The notes: a model not told the origin generated them from the letters alone. 40,000 nt of DNA from Roseibium sp. TrichSKD4 (GCF_000148725.1 NZ_GL476316.1:4605-44604), one strand, 5' to 3'; counted from the first letter of the stretch, positions 33,501 through 40,000 are shown. A program made the numbers and translations.

Positions 33501-33506
33501 AATACA

Positions 33507-33815
33507 TCATTCAGCGGGCGAAACAGGGGCCGCAGTCAGGCGCAACCCCAAGGCGGCAAACACGCCCAAAAGCGTTGACAATCGCGGATCGCCTTTTTTG
33601 CTCAACGCCTTGTAAAGCCCCTCACGGGTAATCCCGGCCTGCCCGGCAATGGCTGCCATGCCCTTGGCCTTGGCAACATCTCCAAGGGCCGTTGTAATAG
33701 CCTGCGGATCGCCATCATCAAAGGCCGCTTCCAGATAGGCAGCCACGGCTTCCGGGGTTTCCAGTTGGTCTTGAATGTTCCACTCTGGCAGAGTGTCAAT
33801 CTTGGTTGCGCTCAT
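33507..33815 (-). CDS. Antitoxin, HTH 'addiction module antidote' (HigA/Xre-like)
   Basis: ..AAYLEAAFDDGDPQAITTALGDVAKAKGMAAIAGQAGITREGLYKALSKKGDPRLSTLLGVFAALGLRL matches the remembered antidote family partnered with RelE/ParE-type killers. Confidence 0.8.
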   Translation of the reverse strand: MSATKIDTLPEWNIQDQLETPEAVAAYLEAAFDDGDPQAITTALGDVAKAKGMAAIAGQAGITREGLYKALSKKGDPRLSTLLGVFAALGLRLTAAPVSPAE

Positions 33816-34108
33816 AATCCAAACTCCTCTTTGATGCGCTTGGCCTTAGCGATATCAGCGGATTGCGTTGACTTGTCGCCGCCACACAAAAGCAGGACCA
33901 CGGTTTTTCCAGCTTGCGCAAAATAGACCCTGTAACCGGGGCCGTAAAAGATGCGGATTTCCTGCACCCCGTCCCCGACCGGCTTGGTGTCGCCCATATT
34001 GCCAAGGCTGATCCGGCGCAGGCGCACGTCAATGCGCGCCTTGGCCTGCCGGTCTTTCAGCTTGGAATACCACTTGGCAAAATCGGGGGCTTGTTTAATC
34101 GTGATCAT
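33812..34108 (-). CDS. Toxin, RelE/ParE-superfamily 'addiction module killer'
   Basis: ..FAKWYSKLKDRQAKARIDVRLRRISLGNMGDTKPVGDGVQEIRIFYGPGYRVYFAQAGKTVVLLLCGGDKSTQ matches the remembered family consensus; 4-nt overlap with the antitoxin. ATG 34108 preferred over GTG 34126. Confidence 0.8.
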   Translation of the reverse strand: MITIKQAPDFAKWYSKLKDRQAKARIDVRLRRISLGNMGDTKPVGDGVQEIRIFYGPGYRVYFAQAGKTVVLLLCGGDKSTQSADIAKAKRIKEEFGL

Positions 34109-34143
34109 CTGTAAACTATAGTTCACATTTCACAAGCCGTCAA
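34109..34143 (-). promoter_or_regulatory. Sigma-70-type promoter of the TA operon
   Basis: Minus strand TTGACG (34143-34138)-17 nt-TATAGT (34120-34115); only 6 nt separate the -10 box from the toxin ATG. Confidence 0.5.
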
Positions 34144-34155
34144 CACAAAATAACA

Positions 34156-34174
34156 ACAAATATCTATTATCTGT
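34156..34174. repeat. Near-palindrome ACAAATA-TCTAT-TATCTGT, second copy of the 14400-14418 motif
   Basis: Read directly; overlaps a TTGACAGATA -35-like element on the minus strand. Confidence 0.5.
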
Positions 34175-34237
34175 CAATTAATGTTAGATATTTAGATCGC
34201 CTTACCACACCCTGCCCACTCGACGTTCACTCGACAC

Positions 34238-34648
34238 TCAAGACACCTTTAAGCGCGGCGGCTCCCCGAACATATCAACCATTTCCGTGTAGAACTCCGC
34301 CTTTAGCCAACGGTCCAGACAAGCCGCATTGATTTGTTGCTGACCTTCAACAACGCAAGCTACATCGTCTTGATCATTTAAAAACCGGTCAAGGGCGAGC
34401 GCGGCGACCTTTCTGCGCAATGTCAAAAATCCGAAAAAACTTAGAATTGGGTCGAAAGCCGAAACAGGTAAATTGACATATCCCCATCGACTGACCTCGA
34501 TTAAATCCAGAGCCGTATCTCTTGATACCCAAACCTGTGTCAGTTTCTTCAAAAAATCTTCCGTTTTACCGGCCGCCGCCGTTTTCCGAATGTCCATTAT
34601 CGACCTTTTATCGGCTTCAAACCGTATCCCTTGGAACCAATTCTGCAT
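34238..34648 (-). CDS. Hypothetical protein (136 aa)
   Basis: ORF track; GAGG SD; preceded 6 nt upstream by the small TM ORF; no recognisable motif. Confidence 0.45.
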   Translation of the reverse strand: MQNWFQGIRFEADKRSIMDIRKTAAAGKTEDFLKKLTQVWVSRDTALDLIEVSRWGYVNLPVSAFDPILSFFGFLTLRRKVAALALDRFLNDQDDVACVVEGQQQINAACLDRWLKAEFYTEMVDMFGEPPRLKVS

Positions 34649-34654
34649 GGCCTC

Positions 34655-34804
34655 TTATTTCCCGTGAGTAAAATACTGCGCCAAATAGATGGGCCACAAT
34701 GCTCCAAAAAGGACATCAGCGACAAGGCCGCGCGAACTGGAAACCCCGACGAATACAACACCAATTGCAATGTAAGACATTGCGAGAAAAGAGAAGATTT
34801 CCAT
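34655..34804 (-). CDS. Small hydrophobic protein (49 aa), two predicted TM segments
   Basis: Not in ORF track (below 60 aa). My translation MEIFSFLAMSYIAIGVVFVGVSSSRGLVADVLFGALWPIYLAQYFTHGK; stop lies 6 nt before the next ATG. Confidence 0.4.
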   Translation of the reverse strand: MEIFSFLAMSYIAIGVVFVGVSSSRGLVADVLFGALWPIYLAQYFTHGK

Positions 34805-34834
34805 GTTGCTAATTCCGTTTATTGATCACGATCA

Positions 34835-35116
34835 TCACCAGCCCTTTTGTTCGGCTTCAATCCGTATCCATTCCAGTTCCCCGACCGGGGCGGCTATATC
34901 GCCCATGTGCCAGTAAATCTCGTTTTCCCGGCACCATAATTTCATGCGCGCCCACTGGTCATCCGTAAACGTTGCCAGTGCCGCTAAGTCGCCGGGGGAA
35001 GCCGTGTTCACAAGATCGACTTGGTAGCTCCCCGAGCTTGAATAGGGAGCCTCCCGACCTAACGCCAGATCGCGGCAAATGCTCAGGCGTCGTTTCATTC
35101 CCTGCGAATTACACAT
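34835..35116 (-). CDS. Hypothetical protein (93 aa or shorter)
   Basis: ORF track; starts 2 nt after the SieB-like stop; no motif. Confidence 0.4.
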   Translation of the reverse strand: MCNSQGMKRRLSICRDLALGREAPYSSSGSYQVDLVNTASPGDLAALATFTDDQWARMKLWCRENEIYWHMGDIAAPVGELEWIRIEAEQKGW

Positions 35117-35118
35117 GT

Positions 35119-35709
35119 CTAATTTTTTGCACTCAAAGTTTCGGGATGGTGTAGATGATAGTCTACTTCTGAAATTGTGTTTATAAATTTTAAAATATTA
35201 TCTGTGCTAAGTTCCCTGAATAATTCTTCTTGAAAACTATTAGACTTTAGTTTTGATTTTGATTTATTAGTTAGCGTAAAATATTCGTATTTACTTCCCG
35301 TGATATAAACCACCCCTGTATATGGAATACTAATTAGATTCCTATTTTTAAGGCTAATAATTGCAGGATGCTCTTCTCTTAGTCTAGCGCCTTGATATTG
35401 GTTTAATATATAAAAGCAAAGGATCGCGCGCTCTTCTTCATTTAAATATTTGACATTTATTATTTCACTACTTTTAATACAATTAAAAACAGAGACACCC
35501 GTTTTCGTTATGAATATTATTATCGGAATGAAGAAAGCAATAGAAATATACCCTCTGTAACTACTAGATATCTCTGATAGTTTAAAGTACTCTTGGTAGC
35601 TTGTTGGCAAAAACAATAAAATTCCTGACAAAAAAAAGACCGCAACCCATACCTGATATGGTGAAAGTATTTTTTCGACGTACTCTATTATTTTTTCTGC
35701 AAAATTCAT
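35119..35709 (-). CDS. Superinfection-exclusion protein B (SieB)-like membrane protein
   Basis: Two N-terminal TM helices with ..GILLFLP.. and a soluble C-half with ..LNEEERAILCFYI..; resembles the remembered SieB family. ATG 35709 with a GGAAAGGAAGGG SD. Strongly AT-rich compared with flanks. Confidence 0.5.
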   Translation of the reverse strand: MNFAEKIIEYVEKILSPYQVWVAVFFLSGILLFLPTSYQEYFKLSEISSSYRGYISIAFFIPIIIFITKTGVSVFNCIKSSEIINVKYLNEEERAILCFYILNQYQGARLREEHPAIISLKNRNLISIPYTGVVYITGSKYEYFTLTNKSKSKLKSNSFQEELFRELSTDNILKFINTISEVDYHLHHPETLSAKN

Positions 35710-35838
35710 TCTGCCCTTCCTTTCCTCTCTCGTCTTCACGGAACCAATCAACTGCTATCAAAAACTCATATCACCTTAGGACGCGGCAGCTCACCCATTC
35801 GTCAAATCTGGCATTCGCCTGCGCATTGACCTTGGTTC

Positions 35839-36093
35839 CTATCTGGTCTTCGTGAATTGCTCAAATTCATGCCATGTCCAGTCTTGCATGACCGCGAAAA
35901 GCTCCACCCAGCAAAGGCCGCCACGGGATGCCAGCTGTTCAAGGCTTTGCCTATGGTTTTGCATGGCTTGTTCGCGGTGTGGCTCCACCAAACGCCATGG
36001 GACTGATTTGATCTTTCCTTTAGCCCCAAGAATGGGGAATTGTTTCTCAGTCATCTTTGCCTGTTCAAGTGTCGTGCTATTCGTGCTAGACAT
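35839..36093 (-). CDS. Hypothetical early protein (84 aa)
   Basis: ORF track; AGGAGG SD 6 nt before the ATG. Confidence 0.5.
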   Translation of the reverse strand: MSSTNSTTLEQAKMTEKQFPILGAKGKIKSVPWRLVEPHREQAMQNHRQSLEQLASRGGLCWVELFAVMQDWTWHEFEQFTKTR

Positions 36094-36205
36094 TTCCGCC
36101 TCCTGTTTTGGGGGATATGTGCTGGTTTTTGGCTTGGATTTTATGTGTTTTTCTTATGTGCCGGGAATGTTTTGGCGGACCGCCCGGCGCTAATGGGTTG
36201 ATGTA

Positions 36206-36240
36206 TTTGGGATTTGATTGCAGGACTTGGTATTTGATTT
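36206..36240. repeat. Direct repeats TTGGGATTTGATTG / TTGGTATTTGATTT, 20-bp period (a third degenerate copy at 36134-36147)
   Basis: Read directly, in a 174-bp intergenic gap of the early region. Confidence 0.4.
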
Positions 36241-36267
36241 ACAAAATGCCAAGTCACGATATAAAAC

Positions 36268-36492
36268 TTAAGCTGGTGTTTTCGCATCAATCAACAATCG
36301 GAGGTCAGCCGTCTGAACCTCCCGCAATCTCAAGGTACCCGCAGTATCATCTTCAATAACCACTACGGCGGTCGTCTCACCTAATCCGCGCACCACAAGC
36401 ATATTGGGGCCTCCCTCATTAGGCTCAACAACCGCACCGCGCGCAAATCCTATAGTTGGGATTATCTCAACAGACACCGCTAGCCCTTCCAT
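36268..36492 (-). CDS. Hypothetical early protein (74 aa)
   Basis: ORF track; ATG start; co-oriented. Confidence 0.4.
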   Translation of the reverse strand: MEGLAVSVEIIPTIGFARGAVVEPNEGGPNMLVVRGLGETTAVVVIEDDTAGTLRLREVQTADLRLLIDAKTPA

Positions 36493-36633
36493 TTTCGAGC
36501 GCTCTTTCCTCTATCCTGGGGCAACGGCGGCAGTAACGATGATCGCAATCCCGCTGCTCCGCCGAACACGCGAAAAATCGCTGCCATGGCCCCCATTCAT
36601 GAAACCCGAAACGGCATAAAATCCTTCCCGGCA

Positions 36634-36861
36634 TCATTCGGCCTCCTGTTCGTCAATCGGGAAGCGTCGTTCCAGATCGAGCGGTTCAGACCGCCCGGCC
36701 GTGTAGCAAGTCAGAAATTCATCAACCGTATCAACCTTGTTCAACAGCAAGATCATGTTGTTTGCAGCTTCGTGAAGCGCGTAAGCTCTACCGAGCGGAT
36801 CACCGCTTTCATCAAGCGCCTCAGCGCCTTCTCTCATAAGAGAAACCAAGTTGTATTTCAT
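36634..36861 (-). CDS. Hypothetical early protein (75 aa)
   Basis: Track ORF trimmed to ATG 36861, which overlaps the stop of the upstream small TM ORF (ATGA). Confidence 0.45.
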   Translation of the reverse strand: MKYNLVSLMREGAEALDESGDPLGRAYALHEAANNMILLLNKVDTVDEFLTCYTAGRSEPLDLERRFPIDEQEAE

Positions 36862-37034
36862 GTCTGACCTTTCCTGTCTTGTGTCGTGGTTCTGACTCCA
36901 TTGTTCCATATGCGGCAAAGAGGTCTGGAAGTGTCTTGGCCGCAGACGGCGAGACCCAAAAGGAATAACGGAAGTCCGATCAGCAGAAGCGGCACTCCTA
37001 AAATCATGCGCATGACTGATACAATCGTTGCCAT
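36858..37034 (-). CDS. Small membrane protein (58 aa)
   Basis: Not in ORF track. My translation MATIVSVMRMILGVPLLLIGLPLFLLGLAVCGQDTSRPLCRIWNNGVRTTTQDRKGQT; preceded by the TAATAGAGGCCCGACAG junction motif. Confidence 0.4.
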   Translation of the reverse strand: MATIVSVMRMILGVPLLLIGLPLFLLGLAVCGQDTSRPLCRIWNNGVRTTTQDRKGQT

Positions 37035-37048
37035 CTGTCGGGCCTCTA

Positions 37049-37306
37049 TTATTGCGGTTTAAGGGCTTGTTCAGCGACCCGGCGCATGTCGATTACTTTT
37101 GACGTGCCAAGTTCGCCGTCATGACTGCGTTCAACTACTTTATAAAGCGCTGCACGAAGCCGGGTAATCTCATCGGCGGCGGCGGATAGGTCGTAGAGAA
37201 CGCCGCCAGTCGTGAAGCCGGGTGCCGACTCGGGGTGCGGCGCAATAGACGGGAGGTCTCTCCAAGATGCGTTGTATTCTTCATATCTTTTTCGCACGTC
37301 CACCAT
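37049..37306 (-). CDS. Hypothetical early protein (85 aa)
   Basis: ORF track; AAGGCCCGATAG-ATG junction. Confidence 0.45.
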   Translation of the reverse strand: MVDVRKRYEEYNASWRDLPSIAPHPESAPGFTTGGVLYDLSAAADEITRLRAALYKVVERSHDGELGTSKVIDMRRVAEQALKPQ

Positions 37307-37317
37307 CTATCGGGCCT

Positions 37318-37533
37318 TTACTGTTGCGCTTCCATTGAAGCTGCTTCATCTTCGAATGTGAGTTTCGCGGCGATAAAATCAGCGAGCATAAATAGCTCTT
37401 CTTCGCCGTTCTCCAGTGACCGTCCGGGCGCGGTGAAGAGATCAACCAACTGATAAGGATTATCAGGCTCGTCTTCATAGGCCATGTTGTTCAGCTGGTA
37501 TTCCTTCAGGGCCGCTAAGATTGTCTCGCGCAT
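37318..37533 (-). CDS. Hypothetical acidic early protein (71 aa)
   Basis: ORF track; GAGGCCCGGACT-ATG junction. Confidence 0.45.
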   Translation of the reverse strand: MRETILAALKEYQLNNMAYEDEPDNPYQLVDLFTAPGRSLENGEEELFMLADFIAAKLTFEDEAASMEAQQ

Positions 37534-37544
37534 AGTCCGGGCCT

Positions 37545-37769
37545 CTACTGTTGCGTGAGTTCAATGCTTACTTTGCGGGGGCCATATCCGCGATCTGACC
37601 AACGGTTAATGAGGGCGGATGTGTCTCCCTCTCTCTGACCCGGCGGCCGAGGGCCAATGTGCCGCGCCCACGCCTCGACAGGGCTCGCACCAACTGACTT
37701 AAGCCCCATTTTCAGTGCGGTTTCGTCGTCCCAGTCCCTTTGCGCTATGATGTAGGCTTCCATGATCAA
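37545..37769 (-). CDS. Hypothetical early protein (72-74 aa)
   Basis: ORF track; start is TTG 37769 or ATG 37763; AAAGGCCCGA upstream. Confidence 0.45.
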   Translation of the reverse strand: MIMEAYIIAQRDWDDETALKMGLKSVGASPVEAWARHIGPRPPGQREGDTSALINRWSDRGYGPRKVSIELTQQ

Positions 37770-37783
37770 TCGGGCCTTTCTTG

Positions 37784-37957
37784 TTACAGCTTTTCAATGA
37801 GATTTCCGGTCGCTCCGACGCCTCGCCCATTGAGGGCGAAAAGCAGGTACTGACCGGATGCAGTTTCAGCGACGGCGTTGTGCCGGCCAACCAAGATGAT
37901 TTTGACATCCGGGCCGCTCTCTCGACGGTAGTAATTTCCTGCCTCCGGCTTCACCAT
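37784..37957 (-). CDS. Hypothetical early protein (57 aa)
   Basis: Not in ORF track. My translation MVKPEAGNYYRRESGPDVKIILVGRHNAVAETASGQYLLFALNGRGVGATGNLIEKL; GGAGGCCCGTC-ATG junction. The track ORF 37699-37908 in another frame is rejected. Confidence 0.4.
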   Translation of the reverse strand: MVKPEAGNYYRRESGPDVKIILVGRHNAVAETASGQYLLFALNGRGVGATGNLIEKL

Positions 37958-37971
37958 GACGGGCCTCCATT

Positions 37972-38298
37972 TCAGATAAATTCCTCGCCAGCCTCACGCC
38001 TCAGTCGGCGATCTTCTTGACGGTGGCATTCTTCATCGTCCAGCGCGTCTTGGAGAACCGCTGCATCGTCTCGTTGCGGCGTGCCTGGAACCAGTTTTGG
38101 CCAATGATCCATGACCGCATCAACGTGACCTGTAGGGCCGGTTATGTATGGCCGCGCAGCGACATAAGCCTGTGCTATTCGAAGCCAAGCCCAATACGTA
38201 TTTAGAAAGACATCGGATTCTTCTGTGAGGCCAGCGCGCTTCACGCGGTCAATCATCGCGCCTACGCGTTTTGCTTCTCTCTCGTCGATATCGATCAA
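37972..38298 (-). CDS. Hypothetical early protein (108 aa)
   Basis: ORF track; TTG start supported by GAAGGCCGGACCC at the usual spacing. Confidence 0.45.
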   Translation of the reverse strand: MIDIDEREAKRVGAMIDRVKRAGLTEESDVFLNTYWAWLRIAQAYVAARPYITGPTGHVDAVMDHWPKLVPGTPQRDDAAVLQDALDDEECHRQEDRRLRREAGEEFI

Positions 38299-38314
38299 GG
38301 GTCCGGCCTTCTTT

Positions 38315-38503
38315 TCAGGTTTCGGTTAGAATTTTATATGCAGCAAAACGCATCAAGTTTGCGCGTTCTTGCCAGCTATAGGAATCGTCGTAGTAAAGCG
38401 CTTCGATGGCCGCCACAGCTTCCCTTGTTTTCCTGTGTCTGAAAGCTTCCTCTTGAGCAGTCTTTTTCCAAGTGCTCCCGTCTGGCGCAAAGGTTTCCAA
38501 CAT
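38315..38503 (-). CDS. Hypothetical early protein (62 aa)
   Basis: ORF track; AAGGACGCCCGCTCA-ATG junction. Confidence 0.4.
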   Translation of the reverse strand: MLETFAPDGSTWKKTAQEEAFRHRKTREAVAAIEALYYDDSYSWQERANLMRFAAYKILTET

Positions 38504-38521
38504 TGAGCGGGCGTCCTTTTT

Positions 38522-38722
38522 CTATTCACCGCTGAACGGGTGTTCAGGCATGCTCCGCCACATTGTTGGCCAGCATTCATGATTGGTATTTGCGTGAAAC
38601 CATTGGCCTGTCTCCGCCACGTATTCAGCAGAAACAATTTCCGTCCGATCTGATAAGGCGGCCATAACTTGGCTTGTGTCATCCGGCAGACGCTCAGCGC
38701 ACAGAGTCCATTTTTTCACCAT
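38522..38722 (-). CDS. DUF551-like phage protein (66 aa)
   Basis: KWTLCAERLPDD......W......MWRSMPEHP resembles the DUF551 pattern (W....E.LP ... W.PLPEPP); GAAGGCCCGACAG-ATG junction. Confidence 0.45.
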   Translation of the reverse strand: MVKKWTLCAERLPDDTSQVMAALSDRTEIVSAEYVAETGQWFHANTNHECWPTMWRSMPEHPFSGE

Positions 38723-38825
38723 CTGTCGGGCCTTCCTGATTGCTGCATCGGATCTGGTTTCAGGCCAGCTATCCGAGTGTTGATTTTTGCCGGGTTCTGC
38801 GGTTCAGAAATCCCGTGTTGGATTT

Positions 38826-39065
38826 TTAAAAATTGTTCTTTGCATCGTCATTCAAAGCCGCGTTGCTCATGATCCGGTGAAAGTCCCCCGCCCGCATGCC
38901 AACCGGATCACAAACAGGGGCGACCCCGTATTCTTTCTGACAGAGCCAGACAAGCTGCTCCTGAGAATGGCGTAGCTGCTCGGCTCGGCCTGAAACAAAA
39001 TCAAGCAAAGATTGCAGCCGGGCGCGCTTGGCATCGCTCAAACCGCATGACGCATCAAAGGTCAT
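38826..39065 (-). CDS. Hypothetical early protein (79 aa)
   Basis: Track ORF trimmed to ATG 39065 (GAGGA SD). Confidence 0.4.
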   Translation of the reverse strand: MTFDASCGLSDAKRARLQSLLDFVSGRAEQLRHSQEQLVWLCQKEYGVAPVCDPVGMRAGDFHRIMSNAALNDDAKNNF

Positions 39066-39312
39066 TGCTTTCCTCTGCGCCCTGATCATCGGGCCGTATC
39101 ACCTTGCGCAGCTTGACAGGCGAGAGGTCTGCCAATCGACAAAACGCCTCAAAAGCTTCCTTCGCCCTCACCCCGCCGCTTAACTCGCCATCGTCAAACC
39201 ATGCGATAAAGCTTGCGACGGCCAGCATATCTTCGGGCGCACGGTGTTTGCGCTCGCCATGCGCATATCCACCACGCTCCATGTATTTGTCCGCTATCGT
39301 CTCAACACTCAT
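39055..39312 (-). CDS. Hypothetical early protein (85 aa)
   Basis: ORF track; ATGA overlap with the upstream HTH gene. Confidence 0.4.
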   Translation of the reverse strand: MSVETIADKYMERGGYAHGERKHRAPEDMLAVASFIAWFDDGELSGGVRAKEAFEAFCRLADLSPVKLRKVIRPDDQGAEESNDL

Positions 39313-39554
39313 TCAGGCCAGTCCTCCGGGCGGTATCCGCTCGCATAGGCGCGCATAAGCCGGGCTGCGGGCGGCATTATCTTTTTCTCGCCGCGCTCCA
39401 TTTGCATCACCTGTTTACGGGTGTTGGGGCTATCTTTCAGGCCAATCATGACCCCCATTTGATGCAGAGACAGATCAAGACGCTTTCGGATCGTCTGAAA
39501 CTCGTCCGGGGTCATTGGAACTTGGCCCGGCATGCCGTCTTGCAGGTCATTCAT
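39309..39554 (-). CDS. Small HTH DNA-binding protein (Xre/Cro-like)
   Basis: MTPDEFQTIRKRLDLSLHQMGVMIGL....RKQVMQMERGEK fits a short Xre-type HTH; ATGA overlap upstream. Confidence 0.5.
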   Translation of the reverse strand: MNDLQDGMPGQVPMTPDEFQTIRKRLDLSLHQMGVMIGLKDSPNTRKQVMQMERGEKKIMPPAARLMRAYASGYRPEDWPE

Positions 39555-40000
39555 TTATACAGCTCCCAATATTCTTGATCCTGAGACAAAGCGGTCGCCG
39601 GGTCCGCACCTATCTCGTAATAGAGCTTCCATCCCTCAATACCGGTAATAGCGAACACGTCAGCGCCATACCCCCAATCTCCCCCATGCCTGCGGTATTG
39701 CTCTGCGTAGAGTTTTCGAAATGAAGCACTCCAGCTTTCCCATGTGGCGCAGTTTTTAATTGTGATCAGTTCCGGCCGGACACCTTCCGCACCACGATTA
39801 CAACGTGGGCAAGCAATGCCCCTTTTGCCTTCGGTAACAGTATGGAACCCAATCCAACCCGACTCCCAATTGCATATACGGCACTTGAAAAGCCCTACCT
39901 GCGGGGTAACGTCCCCACCCCCAGCATCAACAAGATGCGCCCGCACAAGCGGCGGTTTTCTAACCTTGCTTTCAGGGAATAAATCCAATTGACGGCCCAT
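39551..40000 (-). CDS. Zinc-ribbon-containing early protein (possibly truncated by the window edge)
   Basis: CRICNW...CPRCN four-Cys pattern; an ATG lies exactly at 40000, but the ORF may continue upstream of the window. Confidence 0.45.
   Translation of the reverse strand: MGRQLDLFPESKVRKPPLVRAHLVDAGGGDVTPQVGLFKCRICNWESGWIGFHTVTEGKRGIACPRCNRGAEGVRPELITIKNCATWESWSASFRKLYAEQYRRHGGDWGYGADVFAITGIEGWKLYYEIGADPATALSQDQEYWELYK

Larger units (their letters stand above)
2072..40000. mobile_element. Temperate tailed-phage genome (lambda-type head + P2-type contractile tail) with plasmid-type rep/par module; candidate phage-plasmid; true ends not visible in window
   Basis: Near-continuous minus-strand array of recognisable virion, lysis, integrase, TA and early genes plus RepC/ParA; no host core genes in the window. 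Confidence 0.8.

Noticed and set aside
36493-36633. Tiny ORFs (29-35 aa) in the early-region gap
   Set aside because: Neither has a convincing SD or junction motif. They overlap each other in different frames, and the evidence is insufficient.
37699-37908. Track ORF of 69 aa on the minus strand
   Set aside because: It is in the wrong frame, overlaps the neighbouring gene at 37545-37769 and lacks the junction motif. The 57-aa ORF at 37784-37957 fits the stop-AGGCCCG-ATG pattern and fills the gap exactly.
1-40000. CRISPR arrays, tRNA/tmRNA genes, rRNA, and IS/transposase genes
   Set aside because: By eye I saw no regularly spaced direct repeats, no T-arm-like GGTTCGA-type or cloverleaf-compatible segments in the intergenic regions, and no transposase-like ORFs. 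A tRNAscan/Infernal run would be needed to exclude small RNAs formally.

Overview
The window is almost entirely one large temperate tailed-phage element, and nearly every gene lies on the minus strand. No host housekeeping genes, rRNA, tRNA or CRISPR arrays were found.

In the direction of transcription (right to left) the layout is:
- 40000-35839: an early region of at least 17 tightly packed small ORFs. Three are shorter than 60 aa and therefore absent from the ORF track.
- 35751-33507: an accessory island. It holds a sharply AT-rich SieB-like membrane protein, three unknown proteins including a 49-aa TM peptide, and a RelE/ParE-type toxin with an HTH antitoxin.
- 32401-33456: a plus-strand tyrosine integrase next to about 260 bp of non-coding DNA.
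- About 26 kb of late genes:
  - Packaging and head (lambda-type): lambda gpZ-like protein, small terminase, Dam methylase, GpA-type large terminase, gpW, portal, S49 protease/scaffold, decoration protein, gpE-type major capsid protein, then FII/U-like connectors.
  - Baseplate (P2-type): V-W-J-I, followed by a 1073-aa fibre-position protein.
  - An embedded lysis cassette.
  - Tail (P2-type): sheath, tube, E/E+E' chaperone with a -1 frameshift site, tape measure, U, X and D.
  - A second tail-fibre cassette.

The late operon converges on a perfect bidirectional terminator (5493-5538) with a plus-strand XRE-ParA-RHH operon. Beyond that lie a divergent small ORF, a RepC-like replication initiator, and a low-GC signalling cassette (response regulator, FkbM methyltransferase, periplasmic protein, membrane protein) that runs off the left edge.

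The most interesting reading is a RepC/ParA-maintained phage-plasmid in an unintegrated configuration. It carries a possible antisense-RNA copy-control region, a sensory cargo cassette and a defence/moron island.

All protein family calls rest on motif recognition by eye. No searches were run, and the GC statements are visual estimates.
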